Part shown: in pieces, positions 18,600 to 27,991 of the stretch | Position numbering within the stretch: position 1 is the stretch's first letter | Layout: the number at the start of each line of letters is the position of its first letter | Made by a program: the position numbers and the translations under genes | Assembly: GCA_963727805.1 (NCBI GenBank) | Contig: CAVSHF010000003.1 | Location: forward strand, 192,001 to 256,000 | Source of the DNA: an uncultured Nitrospiraceae bacterium | Lineage (GTDB): Bacteria > Nitrospirota > Thermodesulfovibrionia > Thermodesulfovibrionales > Dissulfurispiraceae | Length of the DNA: 64,000 nucleotides | Direction: 5' to 3' | The notes under the pieces: model-generated | The model's database searches: none | Told to the model about the DNA's origin: nothing | The model's input: only the letters and a program-made list of their open reading frames with translations

Positions 18600-20489
18600 A
18601 TGATGGAAAATACCGAAACGCCCGAGCATACGGAAAAAGAACCTAATCAGGTTAGGGAAGAGTCAATGGAGGGCGCACCGGCGCCACGTGCCAAATCACA
18701 TCGGCGGAGACCAAGGGCCTGGAGAGGAAAACGGAAACAATCCGAACAAGCGCCTCTTGAATCTGGTGATACTGCTGCGGTTACTGTACAACCGGAAGTG
18801 CCTGTACCCACCGTGCATGGCGAGATATCAGAGAGTAGCGAGAAGGGCTCCGCTGAAACAGTTGTTGCGGGAGAGCAGGGGGACCCATCAGCGGAAGTCC
18901 GGAGTAAGTCGCGTCGTCGGCGCCGGAGGCCCCGGAAAGGTAAGAGACCCGAGACAACCGAAGCTCTTGGTGAACAGGAAGCAACGACTGAAAAGCCGCC
19001 AAAGGATCGGACCAGACGCATCCTCATTAATGCGCGCTACGCTGAGGAAAAACGTGTGGCTATAGTGGAAGGCCATACCCTTGCGGACTTTTACGTTGAA
19101 GTCGCCGCTCGCGAACATCTAAAGGGTAATATCTACAAAGGGGTGGTCTCCTCAGTGATGCCTGGGCTGCAGGCAGCTTTCATCGACTTTGGTCAGAAGA
19201 AGCACGGTTTTCTGCAATTTCGAGAGGTTATGCCCGAGCTCGTTCAGACTAAAAAAGAAGATAATCAGGAGGGTAAGCGACGGGTAGAGGGTGCCCTCGT
19301 CAAAGGGCAGGAAATACTCGTCCAGGTAGAAAAGGACGAACATGGTACCAAGGGGGCGAGCCTTACGAGTTATATTTCCATCCCCGGACGTTATATTGTC
19401 ATGATGCCTGGGCAGAAGAGGGTGGGAATATCCCGCAAGATAGAGAACCGCGAAGATCGGGATCGTCTCAAAGAAACCTTCAACTCACTCAAGCTCCCAA
19501 AAGATATGGGGTTTATCCTAAGGACAGCATGCAGCGACTCCCTTGAAAAAGAACTTAACGAGGACCTGAAATATCTAACTAAGCTCTGGGATCGGATCAA
19601 GACCGATGCCGGGAAAGCAACAGCGCCAGCGCTCATATACAAAGAGCAGGATATTGCTATGAGGACTGTGCGTGATTATTTGACCACGGACGTGGTCGAA
19701 ATCCTTATCGACGACCAGCCAACCTTCAACACCACAAAGGCTTTTCTGCGGAAGATTATGCCGTGGCGCAAGGTCAATATAACACAATACAAGGACAAGA
19801 CGCCTCTCTTTGCATTGTACAACACCGAGGCGCAAATTGCCGGTCTCTCTCATCGCACGGTGGGCCTGCCGTCCAAGGGATACCTTGTCTTCGACAAAGC
19901 AGAAGCACTTACCGCCATAGACGTTAATTCCGGCAGGAGTCGCAAGGAAGACAACGTTGAGTCGACGGCCCTGATGACTAATCTTGAAGCAGTTGAAGAG
20001 GTAGCACGGCAGCTCAGACTCCGCGACATCGGCGGTCTCGTTGTTATTGACTTTATCGACATGGAATCCAGCAAGAACCGAAGACTCGTGGAAACGCGGA
20101 TGAGGGAAGCCATGAGCACGGATAAGGCTAGTACCGAGATTGCCGGCCTGTCGAAGTTCTGCATCCTGGAGATGACCCGGGAACGCTTCCGGCTTGCATA
20201 TGCGGAAGCCATCTCACGAGAGTGCCCGGTCTGCGACGGGATAGGGTCAGTGAATTCTGACGAATTTGTTGCACTTTCGGCTGTGCGCGAACTGCATGCC
20301 CTTGCGGCAGCAGGTGATGCCAAGGCAATTACCTGCCGCCTTCCCGTCGAGAGTATGAACATCCTCATTAACACCAGAAAGCGGGAACTCGTGGCTTTGG
20401 AGCAGGATTACGGCATCACTATCACTATCGAGGCTGATCCATCCGCATCGGTTGGCCGGTACGTGATGGAGGTCCAGAAACTGAAATAG
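18600..20489 (+). CDS. rne: Ribonuclease E/G family endoribonuclease with N-terminal disordered extension
   Basis: GNIYKG, AAFIDFG, AIDVNSG, ARQLRLRDIGGLVVIDFIDM, CPVCDG Zn-link; start at 18600/18603 (TTG 18561 has no SD spacer). Confidence 0.9.
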   Translation: MMENTETPEHTEKEPNQVREESMEGAPAPRAKSHRRRPRAWRGKRKQSEQAPLESGDTAAVTVQPEVPVPTVHGEISESSEKGSAETVVAGEQGDPSAEVRSKSRRRRRRPRKGKRPETTEALGEQEATTEKPPKDRTRRILINARYAEEKRVAIVEGHTLADFYVEVAAREHLKGNIYKGVVSSVMPGLQAAFIDFGQKKHGFLQFREVMPELVQTKKEDNQEGKRRVEGALVKGQEILVQVEKDEHGTKGASLTSYISIPGRYIVMMPGQKRVGISRKIENREDRDRLKETFNSLKLPKDMGFILRTACSDSLEKELNEDLKYLTKLWDRIKTDAGKATAPALIYKEQDIAMRTVRDYLTTDVVEILIDDQPTFNTTKAFLRKIMPWRKVNITQYKDKTPLFALYNTEAQIAGLSHRTVGLPSKGYLVFDKAEALTAIDVNSGRSRKEDNVESTALMTNLEAVEEVARQLRLRDIGGLVVIDFIDMESSKNRRLVETRMREAMSTDKASTEIAGLSKFCILEMTRERFRLAYAEAISRECPVCDGIGSVNSDEFVALSAVRELHALAAAGDAKAITCRLPVESMNILINTRKRELVALEQDYGITITIEADPSASVGRYVMEVQKLK

Positions 20490-20650
20490 CAAAGAGGAGA
20501 AAGTAGCTTGTTGCGTTTGATAATGCTGATATTATCAATCTTCATTCTTCAATTTTCCTTTTGATTTGATCTTTCCTTTGCCATTGCTCGTGCCATCGTA
20601 AAGATCGCACCAGTCGTTTCAGGGCATGGAATGCCTTTGATCCGGGAGCT

Positions 20651-21127
20651 CTAGTGTTTTATCCTGAACTTTAGGAGCTTTCGCATATGGGCCAACTCTT
20701 CTTTAATGACCTTCTCGATTGCTTTTTCGCGGTCAAAAGATGTCATATCCTTCAGCTCCGAAAAAAACACTACCGAATCTTTCTCAAAAGCAAGGGCCAT
20801 ATCAAGGACGTCTTCAAAGGACTTCAGTGTCTCCAGACGGCTTCTGATCGTATTCCGGTTAGCCAGTGAATGGGAAGCGCAGAAATCCTTCATATAGGCA
20901 CTAAATTCACCTGCATAGCTTTCCTCAGCCTCAAAGGTGTCAGCTGACTTCGCCATATCTATGAAGAGCTTCTCATGTTTAGCCTCTTCCTGTGCTAGGT
21001 ATTTGAAAAGGTCGACGATTTTCGGATCACCGAATTTTTTTGATGCCTCGGTATAAAACTCAAACCCGTTCTGCTCAATATACACAGCAAAATCGAGAAC
21101 TTCTTTCACCTCAAACAAGAATCCCAT
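20651..21127 (-). CDS. Ferritin-like/rubrerythrin-domain protein
   Basis: AVYIEQNGFEFY, EEAKH, ALAFEKDSVVFF, EELAH di-iron motifs; AGGGGTG SD. Confidence 0.88.
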   Translation of the reverse strand: MGFLFEVKEVLDFAVYIEQNGFEFYTEASKKFGDPKIVDLFKYLAQEEAKHEKLFIDMAKSADTFEAEESYAGEFSAYMKDFCASHSLANRNTIRSRLETLKSFEDVLDMALAFEKDSVVFFSELKDMTSFDREKAIEKVIKEELAHMRKLLKFRIKH

Positions 21128-21444
21128 AGTATCACCCCTTTAGAATTATATAAAAAACTTTTGCTGCATTACATTTCATCAAATTATAATAGAAGAGCCA
21201 TTCTAACGCAACAACGCAACCTTGTCATAACTGCACGATCATCTTTTTGTTGTACATAGTATATAACAGTGCTCCGCTATTTCATAGTTTGATAAAACAA
21301 ACATATCATGCAATACAGGGCGTCAAGTGAGCCATAACTATAAGAGGGTCGATAATTTCTCCATATCCAAGATCTTTAATTATAATGTTGTCACGAAACG
21401 AAGGGTGGACATAAAACTACGATTAAGAAAAATATAAATTTCTG

Positions 21445-21479
21445 TTGACCTTTTTTTCTTTCTATGTCAGAATTATGAC
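21445..21479 (+). promoter_or_regulatory. sigma70 promoter (extended -10) of the FleQ-like gene, overlapped by a GTCA-N6-TGAC box
   Basis: TTGACC-17 nt-CAGAAT preceded by TGn; GTCAGAATTATGAC at 21466-21479. Confidence 0.65.
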
Positions 21480-22487
21480 ATGGGCAACGACCAACCTCCA
21501 TGTCACCCTAAAGTCCCACCAATAATCGGTGCTTCGTCTATCATTAAACGTATTTATAATTTAATTTCAAAAGTTTCCCAATCGAACAGTACCGTTCTTG
21601 TGCTTGGGGAAAGCGGCACCGGCAAAGAGTTGGTTGCTAAAACAATCCACTACTACAGCAATCGGGCGGAGAAACCTTTTGTACCCGTCAATTGCGGTGC
21701 TATCCCTGCTGAGTTGCTTGAATCGGAACTCTTCGGTCACGAAAAGGGCGCCTTCACGGGCGCCATAGCATCAAGGGTCGGCAGATTCGAGCTTGCAGAC
21801 GGCGGTACGGTTTTCCTTGATGAGATAGGCGAGATGTCATCTATGCTCCAAGTGAAACTCCTCAGAGTGCTTCAGGAGAGGTCCTTTGAGAGGATCGGTG
21901 GAAGTAAGACAGTCAATGTCGATGTGAGGGTGATTTCGGCGACGAACCAGAATCTCGAAGAAGCAGTGAAGACGGGCAGATTCAGGGAAGACCTTTATTA
22001 CCGGATCAATGTCATACCCATCGAAATCCCGCCCCTGCGCGACAGGACAGAAGATCTGCCGCTGCTTTGCGATTTTTTCATGGAAAAGCATGCGAACCGT
22101 TTCCAGAGGAAGCCACTCAGGATTTCGGATGAAGCACTGAAGACGTTCATGAGCTATGACTGGCCAGGCAATGTGAGGGAACTCGAAAATACTCTCGAAA
22201 GACTGCTTGTGCTCAAGGATGACGACGTAGTCACCCCTTATGACCTTGCTGAAAAGATGACGGGCAAAAGGCTTCCCGATCTTCCTGCAATCGATGGTAT
22301 TGAAGATGATCCTGACGCTAATCCTTTTGTCCAGGGTATCGACCTCAATGCGGCGTTGATCGAATACGAAAAAAGGCTTCTGCTGCATGCCCTGCAGCTT
22401 CATGGGAGCGTAAAAAGCCAGGCTGCAAAATATCTCAATATCAACCGTACTACGCTCATCGAGAAGATGAAGAGGCTTGGCCTGTAG
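21480..22487 (+). CDS. sigma54 enhancer-binding protein, FleQ/FlrA-like, AAA+ and HTH only
   Basis: [33 protein letters not shown]-terminal [15 protein letters not shown]; heads the flagellar cluster. Confidence 0.9.
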   Translation: MGNDQPPCHPKVPPIIGASSIIKRIYNLISKVSQSNSTVLVLGESGTGKELVAKTIHYYSNRAEKPFVPVNCGAIPAELLESELFGHEKGAFTGAIASRVGRFELADGGTVFLDEIGEMSSMLQVKLLRVLQERSFERIGGSKTVNVDVRVISATNQNLEEAVKTGRFREDLYYRINVIPIEIPPLRDRTEDLPLLCDFFMEKHANRFQRKPLRISDEALKTFMSYDWPGNVRELENTLERLLVLKDDDVVTPYDLAEKMTGKRLPDLPAIDGIEDDPDANPFVQGIDLNAALIEYEKRLLLHALQLHGSVKSQAAKYLNINRTTLIEKMKRLGL

Positions 22488-22521
22488 TTTGAGATCATGC
22501 GCACGATGTCCCATCACTCCA

Positions 22522-22535
22522 GTCATGAAATTGAC
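22522..22535. promoter_or_regulatory. FleQ-type palindromic activator site
   Basis: GTCATGAAATTGAC (GTCA-N6-TGAC), about 75 bp upstream of a sigma54-like promoter. Confidence 0.6.
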
Positions 22536-22590
22536 TAAAACACCCTTTCCGTTCTTGCCCTCGAACGCTCTATTATGGAAAAACCCATAA

Positions 22591-22626
22591 TATCAGTGAG
22601 TTATAGATAGTGGCATATTTTTTTCA
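22591..22626 (+). promoter_or_regulatory. IHF-like site plus imperfect sigma54 promoter
   Basis: TATCAGTGAGTTA (WATCAR-N4-TTR) at 22591-22603; TGGCATATTTTTTTCA at 22611-22626 (-12 GC replaced by TC). Confidence 0.5.
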
Positions 22627-22665
22627 ATACATATTAAAAACGGTAGTGCGTTGTGGAGGACCTGT

Positions 22666-24297
22666 GTGAAAAAGGGGCTCTCTGTCGTTCTTTTTTTATC
22701 GATTTTATTTTCATTTGCCGGTAGAGTCTTGTCGGCTCCAGGTGATGCATTATTTACCGCCGACGCAACATTGACTGCGAAACAATATCAGCAGGCTAAG
22801 GAACTCTATCGCGGGGTCTTCCTGAATTACAAGGAAGGGCCTGAAGCAGCCCGCGCGCTGCTTGGTATTGCAAAGGCCGACTATCAACTGAAAAATTATT
22901 ACGAGTCGGGTATCAACCTGAAACGCTTTTTTAAATTATATCCAACGTCTCCATTGGCCGATGAAGCCCATCTGATCTGGGGATTGGACCTACTGAATAT
23001 TCAGAAATACAAGGAGGCCGAAGAACAACTCGACGGGGTGAAAGGTGCTTTGCTGGAGAAGGCTGATATTGCAAAGTCAGAGTTGGCGCTTATCCGTGGA
23101 GAAACCGAGAAGGCGGAACAGCTTCTTTCTAAAATCGATCGGAAAACGTATGAAGAAAATAACAGGGTGCTGTATCTGAGGGCCATGGTCCTCAGCAGGC
23201 AGGGAAAGCATGAGACGGCCATACAGACAATAAACAGAATATCCGATCAGGCCTTAAAAGAAGAGAACATCGCAGTAAGCAAGGCGATTATTTATTACAA
23301 CGCTCGAAGGTACATTGATGCCAAAGACATGCTTAGTGCCATCGTGAAAGCACCTTCATCACGAATAGAGGCGATACAGGCCAAAAGAACCCTTTTTCAG
23401 ATTTATGATGTCGAAAATAATCAGGACGAGGCTCTCAAGTTGGCAATCGATCTCATGAATTATGAATCAACCGACGAGCTGAAAATGAAGATAGTGTCGA
23501 TCTACGAGAAGAAGGGAGACCTCGACAGCTCTTTTCGCTATCTCACTTATCTCAGGGACAAAAAGACGCTCTCAGAAGAGATCGAAAAAAGGTTTAAGAA
23601 ACTCATCGAAGAAAAAAATCCTAAGGCCAACGAGTATGTGCTGAACTATTTTATTTATCTCGGTCCAGACAGCCCCTACACCATAGAACTCGCACGATAT
23701 CTGCAGGAGAAGGGCAGCCAGGAACAAGCGAAACGACTTCTCCAAAAAGCTACACGAGGGAAAAATGGCGCCGAGGCTTCGGTTGCCCTGACTGAGATGC
23801 TCATAGTTGATAAGAAATTTTCAGAAGCCAAAAAAGTGGTTACTCCCATAACGACCGATACTAAATATTCCGGGCAGGCCTCTTTCCTCCTGGCTCAATT
23901 GCTCGAAAGAGAGGGGAACCTCAAAGAGGCGGCGGAATATCGAGCGAGGGCAATTAAAGCTCTGGAATCACAGAAGGATTATTCCCGGGTGGGAGATCTT
24001 TATCTTCGATCTGGCAAAAATGCGGAGGCACTCAAGAATTATCTTCGGGCTGCTGATAAGAGTGATACAGTTTCGATGGTCAAGGCGGCCGATATATATT
24101 ATCTTTCAGGTAAACACGAGAAGGCAAAGGCATATTACAAAAAGGCGCTTGATAGCGGTATAAAAGACCCCGGGAGCCGCCAATGGGCTGATTACCAGTA
24201 TGGCAAGCTAGCGAAGGATAACGAGTATATGAAAAAGGCGAAGGAAGGGGGCGGGACGGTAGCTGAAGCTGCCGACCTGATGAGCACCGGAAATTAA
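22666..24297 (+). CDS. Exported TPR-repeat protein
   Basis: GTG after GGAGGA; signal-peptide-like KKGLSVVLFLSILFSFAGRVLSA; repeated helical TPR patterns. Confidence 0.85.
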   Translation: MKKGLSVVLFLSILFSFAGRVLSAPGDALFTADATLTAKQYQQAKELYRGVFLNYKEGPEAARALLGIAKADYQLKNYYESGINLKRFFKLYPTSPLADEAHLIWGLDLLNIQKYKEAEEQLDGVKGALLEKADIAKSELALIRGETEKAEQLLSKIDRKTYEENNRVLYLRAMVLSRQGKHETAIQTINRISDQALKEENIAVSKAIIYYNARRYIDAKDMLSAIVKAPSSRIEAIQAKRTLFQIYDVENNQDEALKLAIDLMNYESTDELKMKIVSIYEKKGDLDSSFRYLTYLRDKKTLSEEIEKRFKKLIEEKNPKANEYVLNYFIYLGPDSPYTIELARYLQEKGSQEQAKRLLQKATRGKNGAEASVALTEMLIVDKKFSEAKKVVTPITTDTKYSGQASFLLAQLLEREGNLKEAAEYRARAIKALESQKDYSRVGDLYLRSGKNAEALKNYLRAADKSDTVSMVKAADIYYLSGKHEKAKAYYKKALDSGIKDPGSRQWADYQYGKLAKDNEYMKKAKEGGGTVAEAADLMSTGN

Positions 24298-24319
24298 AGG
24301 TCAGGGACAAAGACCGGTT

Positions 24320-25450
24320 ATGGAAAAGAACGATCAGGACATAGGACTTTTAACGAAGGCGATCGAAAGCATCAATTCGGTCTCCTCAACACTCATGCAG
24401 TATTACCAAACCCTCGAAGATAAGGTCAAGGTGCTGACCGAAGAGGTAGAGCAGAAAAAGCAGCTCCTCGACAGTATTCTGGACAGCATCGATGTGGGGG
24501 TTATTTTTTTCGACAAAGATGGCGTCATCAGGCTTATGAATAACGCTGCAGAAGGCCTTCTCGGGACTGGTTCTGGTACAATAGTAGGAGGGACTTCCCT
24601 TCATGCCGAGATTAACGACGAGATGGTAATTCCTGAAAAAGGAAATCCTTTTCATGCCCTTGTTTCGAGTTCCGAGGTCAAGGGCGGGAGCGACGGTAAC
24701 ACGATTGGCAAAGTATTGATCTTCAAGGACATCACGAGGCTGAAGCGTCTCGAGGCTGAAAATGAGAGAAATCGCAGGCTCTCTGCGATGGGTGAGCTCG
24801 TCATGAAAATAGCCCACGAAATACGCAACCCACTGGGGAGCATCGAACTCTTTGCGGATCTCCTTGCGACCGATCTTAAAGGGACCGACCAGGTCGATTA
24901 TGCCCGGCGCATATCGAATTCCGTGCGCTCTCTGGTCAACACCTTGGACAACATGCTCAGATTTTCAGGGGAGATCAGGCCTAAGATGGAATTCAGTTGC
25001 GTTAACGAGATCGTCAGGGACACCTGCGACGAATTTAGAGAGGTTCTTGCAAGTGGGGGGATTGAGCTCGATCTTATCGATGATGTCAAATATTCACTGT
25101 ATCTTGACAAAGGACTTATTCGTCAGGCCTTGATAAATATTCTTTTGAATTCTGTCCATTCCATGCCAGAAGGTGGTACTATGCGGGTAAGTATTGTGCA
25201 AGAAAAAGGTTCAGACGATGTCCAGATAAGCATCAGGGACTGCGGCTCCGGTATGGATGAAGAGACGCGGGTTAGGCTGTTTGAACCCTTTTTTTCCACA
25301 AAGGATAGAGGAACCGGCCTTGGCATGTCCATAACCCTTGGCATTATCACTGCGCACAAAGGACGTATAAACGTGGACAGTTTCCCTGGAAAGGGGACTG
25401 AATTCATTATTTTGCTTCCACTCGAAAAACGAGTCGAAAAAAGAACATGA
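24320..25450 (+). CDS. Cytoplasmic PAS histidine kinase (FleS/FlrB-like)
   Basis: N-terminal coiled coil, PAS, IAHEIRNPL H-box, DCGSG, FFSTKDRGTGLG; no TM segments. Confidence 0.9.
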   Translation: MEKNDQDIGLLTKAIESINSVSSTLMQYYQTLEDKVKVLTEEVEQKKQLLDSILDSIDVGVIFFDKDGVIRLMNNAAEGLLGTGSGTIVGGTSLHAEINDEMVIPEKGNPFHALVSSSEVKGGSDGNTIGKVLIFKDITRLKRLEAENERNRRLSAMGELVMKIAHEIRNPLGSIELFADLLATDLKGTDQVDYARRISNSVRSLVNTLDNMLRFSGEIRPKMEFSCVNEIVRDTCDEFREVLASGGIELDLIDDVKYSLYLDKGLIRQALINILLNSVHSMPEGGTMRVSIVQEKGSDDVQISIRDCGSGMDEETRVRLFEPFFSTKDRGTGLGMSITLGIITAHKGRINVDSFPGKGTEFIILLPLEKRVEKRT

Positions 25451-25463
25451 TAAAAAGGATAAT

Positions 25464-26768
25464 ATGAAATCGGTTTTGATTGTTGATGACGAGATCGACA
25501 TGGCAACGGCCTTGAAGGAGGCAATGAAGCGTTTCGGCTTCAATCCGACGGTCTATCATAATCCCGTTGAAGTCCTTGCTAAAGAAAATATTGCCGACTA
25601 TGCTCTAGTCATTACCGACATGAAGATGCCGAAGATGAATGGTATCGAGTTTCTGCAGGAGATACGCAAGAAGGGACTCTTCGTGCCTGTCATTGTCATT
25701 ACAGGATACGGAACGGTCGAAAGCGCGGTTGATGCGATGAAGCTTGGTGCGACCGATTACATTATGAAGCCGGTTTCTCTCGACTCGCTGAAAAGGATTA
25801 TCGACAGGATACTTCCCCTCGATGACAGCGATCTTGTCGCCGAGTCTCCGGTTATGAAAAACCTCATGTCGATTATAAGAGAGGTAGCGAAGAGCGACAT
25901 CACGGTGCTCCTCACCGGCGAGAGCGGCACGGGTAAGGAAATTATCGCGAGAACGTTGCATAAATATAGCAGTAGGAACCTAAAGTCTTTTGTAGCGGTC
26001 AACTGCGCCGCCATATCGGAGAGTCTCCTCGAATCTGAGTTGTTTGGCCACGAAAAAGGATCATTCACCGGCGCCATCGAGAGGAGACTCGGGAAGTTTG
26101 AGCTTGCCAACGGCGGGACCTTACTTCTCGACGAAGTCAGCGAGATGGCGTACCCGCTTCAAGCGAAGCTCCTGAGGGCCATCCAGGAGCGCGAGATTGA
26201 CCGGATCGGGGGCAAGACCCCAGTCAAGCTTGATGTCAGGATCATCGCCACAACGAACAAGGACCTAATGGGTGAGGTGAAGAAGGGCAGTTTCAGGGAA
26301 GACCTCTATTACCGCCTGAATGTCTTTCCGGTGAGAATCCCTACGTTAAGAGAGAGGCCTGATGATATCATCCCTATGGCTGAGTTCTTTCTTCAGAGGC
26401 TATCGCAGAAGATGGGAAAAGTTTTCATCCTGTCGGACGATTTCAGGCAATATCTTCTCGGGAGGGAATGGGCAGGAAATGTGCGGGAGCTCGAAAATTT
26501 TATGTATAGGACTGCGGTAATATCGGCTTCTGATACGCTCATGCGACCTGACGAAAGCGGCATGTCAGTGGGCGGACAGGCCCTGCCGGCTCATGCGGCG
26601 AAGGGCGGTAGGATTAAGGACGTCGAAAGAGACCTGATCATAAAGACCCTCAAGGAGACTGGCAATAATAGGACAAAGGCCGCTGAGGTGCTGGGGGTAA
26701 GCGTCAGGACAATCAGAAACAAGCTTAAAGACTACAAAATAGCGGAAGATGAAATAAAAGGGACATAG
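25464..26768 (+). CDS. sigma54-dependent response regulator (FleR/FlrC-like)
   Basis: REC (VDDE, TDMKMP), [26 protein letters not shown] typical of FleR/FlrC. Confidence 0.92.
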   Translation: MKSVLIVDDEIDMATALKEAMKRFGFNPTVYHNPVEVLAKENIADYALVITDMKMPKMNGIEFLQEIRKKGLFVPVIVITGYGTVESAVDAMKLGATDYIMKPVSLDSLKRIIDRILPLDDSDLVAESPVMKNLMSIIREVAKSDITVLLTGESGTGKEIIARTLHKYSSRNLKSFVAVNCAAISESLLESELFGHEKGSFTGAIERRLGKFELANGGTLLLDEVSEMAYPLQAKLLRAIQEREIDRIGGKTPVKLDVRIIATTNKDLMGEVKKGSFREDLYYRLNVFPVRIPTLRERPDDIIPMAEFFLQRLSQKMGKVFILSDDFRQYLLGREWAGNVRELENFMYRTAVISASDTLMRPDESGMSVGGQALPAHAAKGGRIKDVERDLIIKTLKETGNNRTKAAEVLGVSVRTIRNKLKDYKIAEDEIKGT

Positions 26769-26778
26769 TTGTAGACTT

Positions 26779-26794
26779 AGGTATACAACTTGCA
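26779..26794 (+). promoter_or_regulatory. sigma54 promoter of the flgB operon
   Basis: AGGTATACAACTTGCA, GG-N10-GC. Confidence 0.7.
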
Positions 26795-26850
26795 TGAATA
26801 ATGGTGGAGAAGGAATCTTTTCCGACCCTTTTAAATTGCGGAGGAGCACA

Positions 26851-27192
26851 ATGCCGGACACTACATTTAAAATGCTTGAAAATATTATGGACGTTGCCTC
26901 TTTCAGGCAGAAGATACTGTCTTCCAACATTGCCAACGCCGATACTCCTGGGTACAAGGCCAGGGACGTTTCTTTTCAAACCGAGCTCAACAAAGCCCTA
27001 AGCGGGTCGATAGGGAGCTACGACGTTTATGAGACAGTACCCACGATGGTCAGCAGGGATGGCAACACGGTCAGTGCTGATTTGGAGATGACGAAGGTGG
27101 CTGAAAACCAGCTTCTTTATAATAGTGCCGCACAAATTTTAACTATGAAATTCAGGATGATGAAAGACGTTGCGAAAGCAGGAGGCCAATAA
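26851..27192 (+). CDS. flgB: Flagellar basal-body rod protein FlgB
   Basis: RQKILSSNIANADTPGYKARD, RDGNTV; GAGGAG SD before ATG 26851. Confidence 0.95.
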   Translation: MPDTTFKMLENIMDVASFRQKILSSNIANADTPGYKARDVSFQTELNKALSGSIGSYDVYETVPTMVSRDGNTVSADLEMTKVAENQLLYNSAAQILTMKFRMMKDVAKAGGQ

Positions 27193-27599
27193 TGGATGAA
27201 ATGTTTCTCCCCCTCAAAGTGAGCGCTACGGCCCTAGAGGCGCAGAAAGTCAGGCTGAATGTTATCGCGTCTAACATTGCTAACGCCTCTTCGACGCAGA
27301 CACCTCAAGGCGGCCCATACCGGCGAAAGGATGTGTTCTTCAAGACGTATATGTATGATCAAAACTCAGCCGGGGTAGAAGTTCCCCGGATTGTCGAGGA
27401 CGAGAGCCCATTTAGAACGGTATTCGATCCGTCCCATCCCGATGCGGATAAAAACGGTAATGTCTCTTACCCGAATATCAATGTCCTGACGGAAATGGTC
27501 AATTTAATGACGGCGCAGAGGTCGTATGAGGCCAATCTGACCATGATAGCCTCTTATAAAGACATGTATATGAGGACACTCGATATCCTGAAAGTATAA
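27192..27599 (+). CDS. flgC: Flagellar basal-body rod protein FlgC
   Basis: IASNIANA, PYRRK, DPSHPDAD, YPNIN, AQRSYEAN. Confidence 0.96.
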   Translation: MDEMFLPLKVSATALEAQKVRLNVIASNIANASSTQTPQGGPYRRKDVFFKTYMYDQNSAGVEVPRIVEDESPFRTVFDPSHPDADKNGNVSYPNINVLTEMVNLMTAQRSYEANLTMIASYKDMYMRTLDILKV

Positions 27600-27670
27600 G
27601 AAGGGGCGCGGCTTGCCGTGTCCGTTAGTAAAGAAATAGAGCAAATCGTGGAGAGGCGCAGGAGGAAGCG

Positions 27671-27964
27671 ATGGATGAAATAAAAATCATAGGAGATGTC
27701 AGCCAAAGTATAGCCGACGTAAAACCGACGGGGAAAAAGCCGGGAGTTTCCTTCGAGGATGCGATCAAGGAAGCACTCAAGGATGTTTCACAGATCCAGA
27801 ATGATGCTGAGCAGGCCATCGCGGGTTTTGCGAATGGAGAGGTCAAGGATATACAGACCGTTGTAGTTGCTATGGAAAAGGCGGACCTGTCGCTCCAGAC
27901 GCTCCTGTCGGTGAGGAACAGGCTCATAAGCGCCTATCAACAGATTTCGAGCATGCAGGTGTAA
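27671..27964 (+). CDS. fliE: Flagellar hook-basal body protein FliE
   Basis: AMEKADLSLQ...VRNRLISAYQQI..MQV. Confidence 0.94.
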   Translation: MDEIKIIGDVSQSIADVKPTGKKPGVSFEDAIKEALKDVSQIQNDAEQAIAGFANGEVKDIQTVVVAMEKADLSLQTLLSVRNRLISAYQQISSMQV

Positions 27965-27991
27965 TGCAAAATCTGAGCTGAAGGGGAGAGA

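Noticed and set aside
20517..20538. TTGATAAT-N6-ATTATCAA Fur-box-like palindrome
   Set aside because: The core is 18 bp rather than 19 and lies between convergent 3' ends, not at a promoter
21348..21355. GTCGATAA sigma28 -10-like element upstream of the FleQ-like gene
   Set aside because: No TAAA-like -35 at the required spacing
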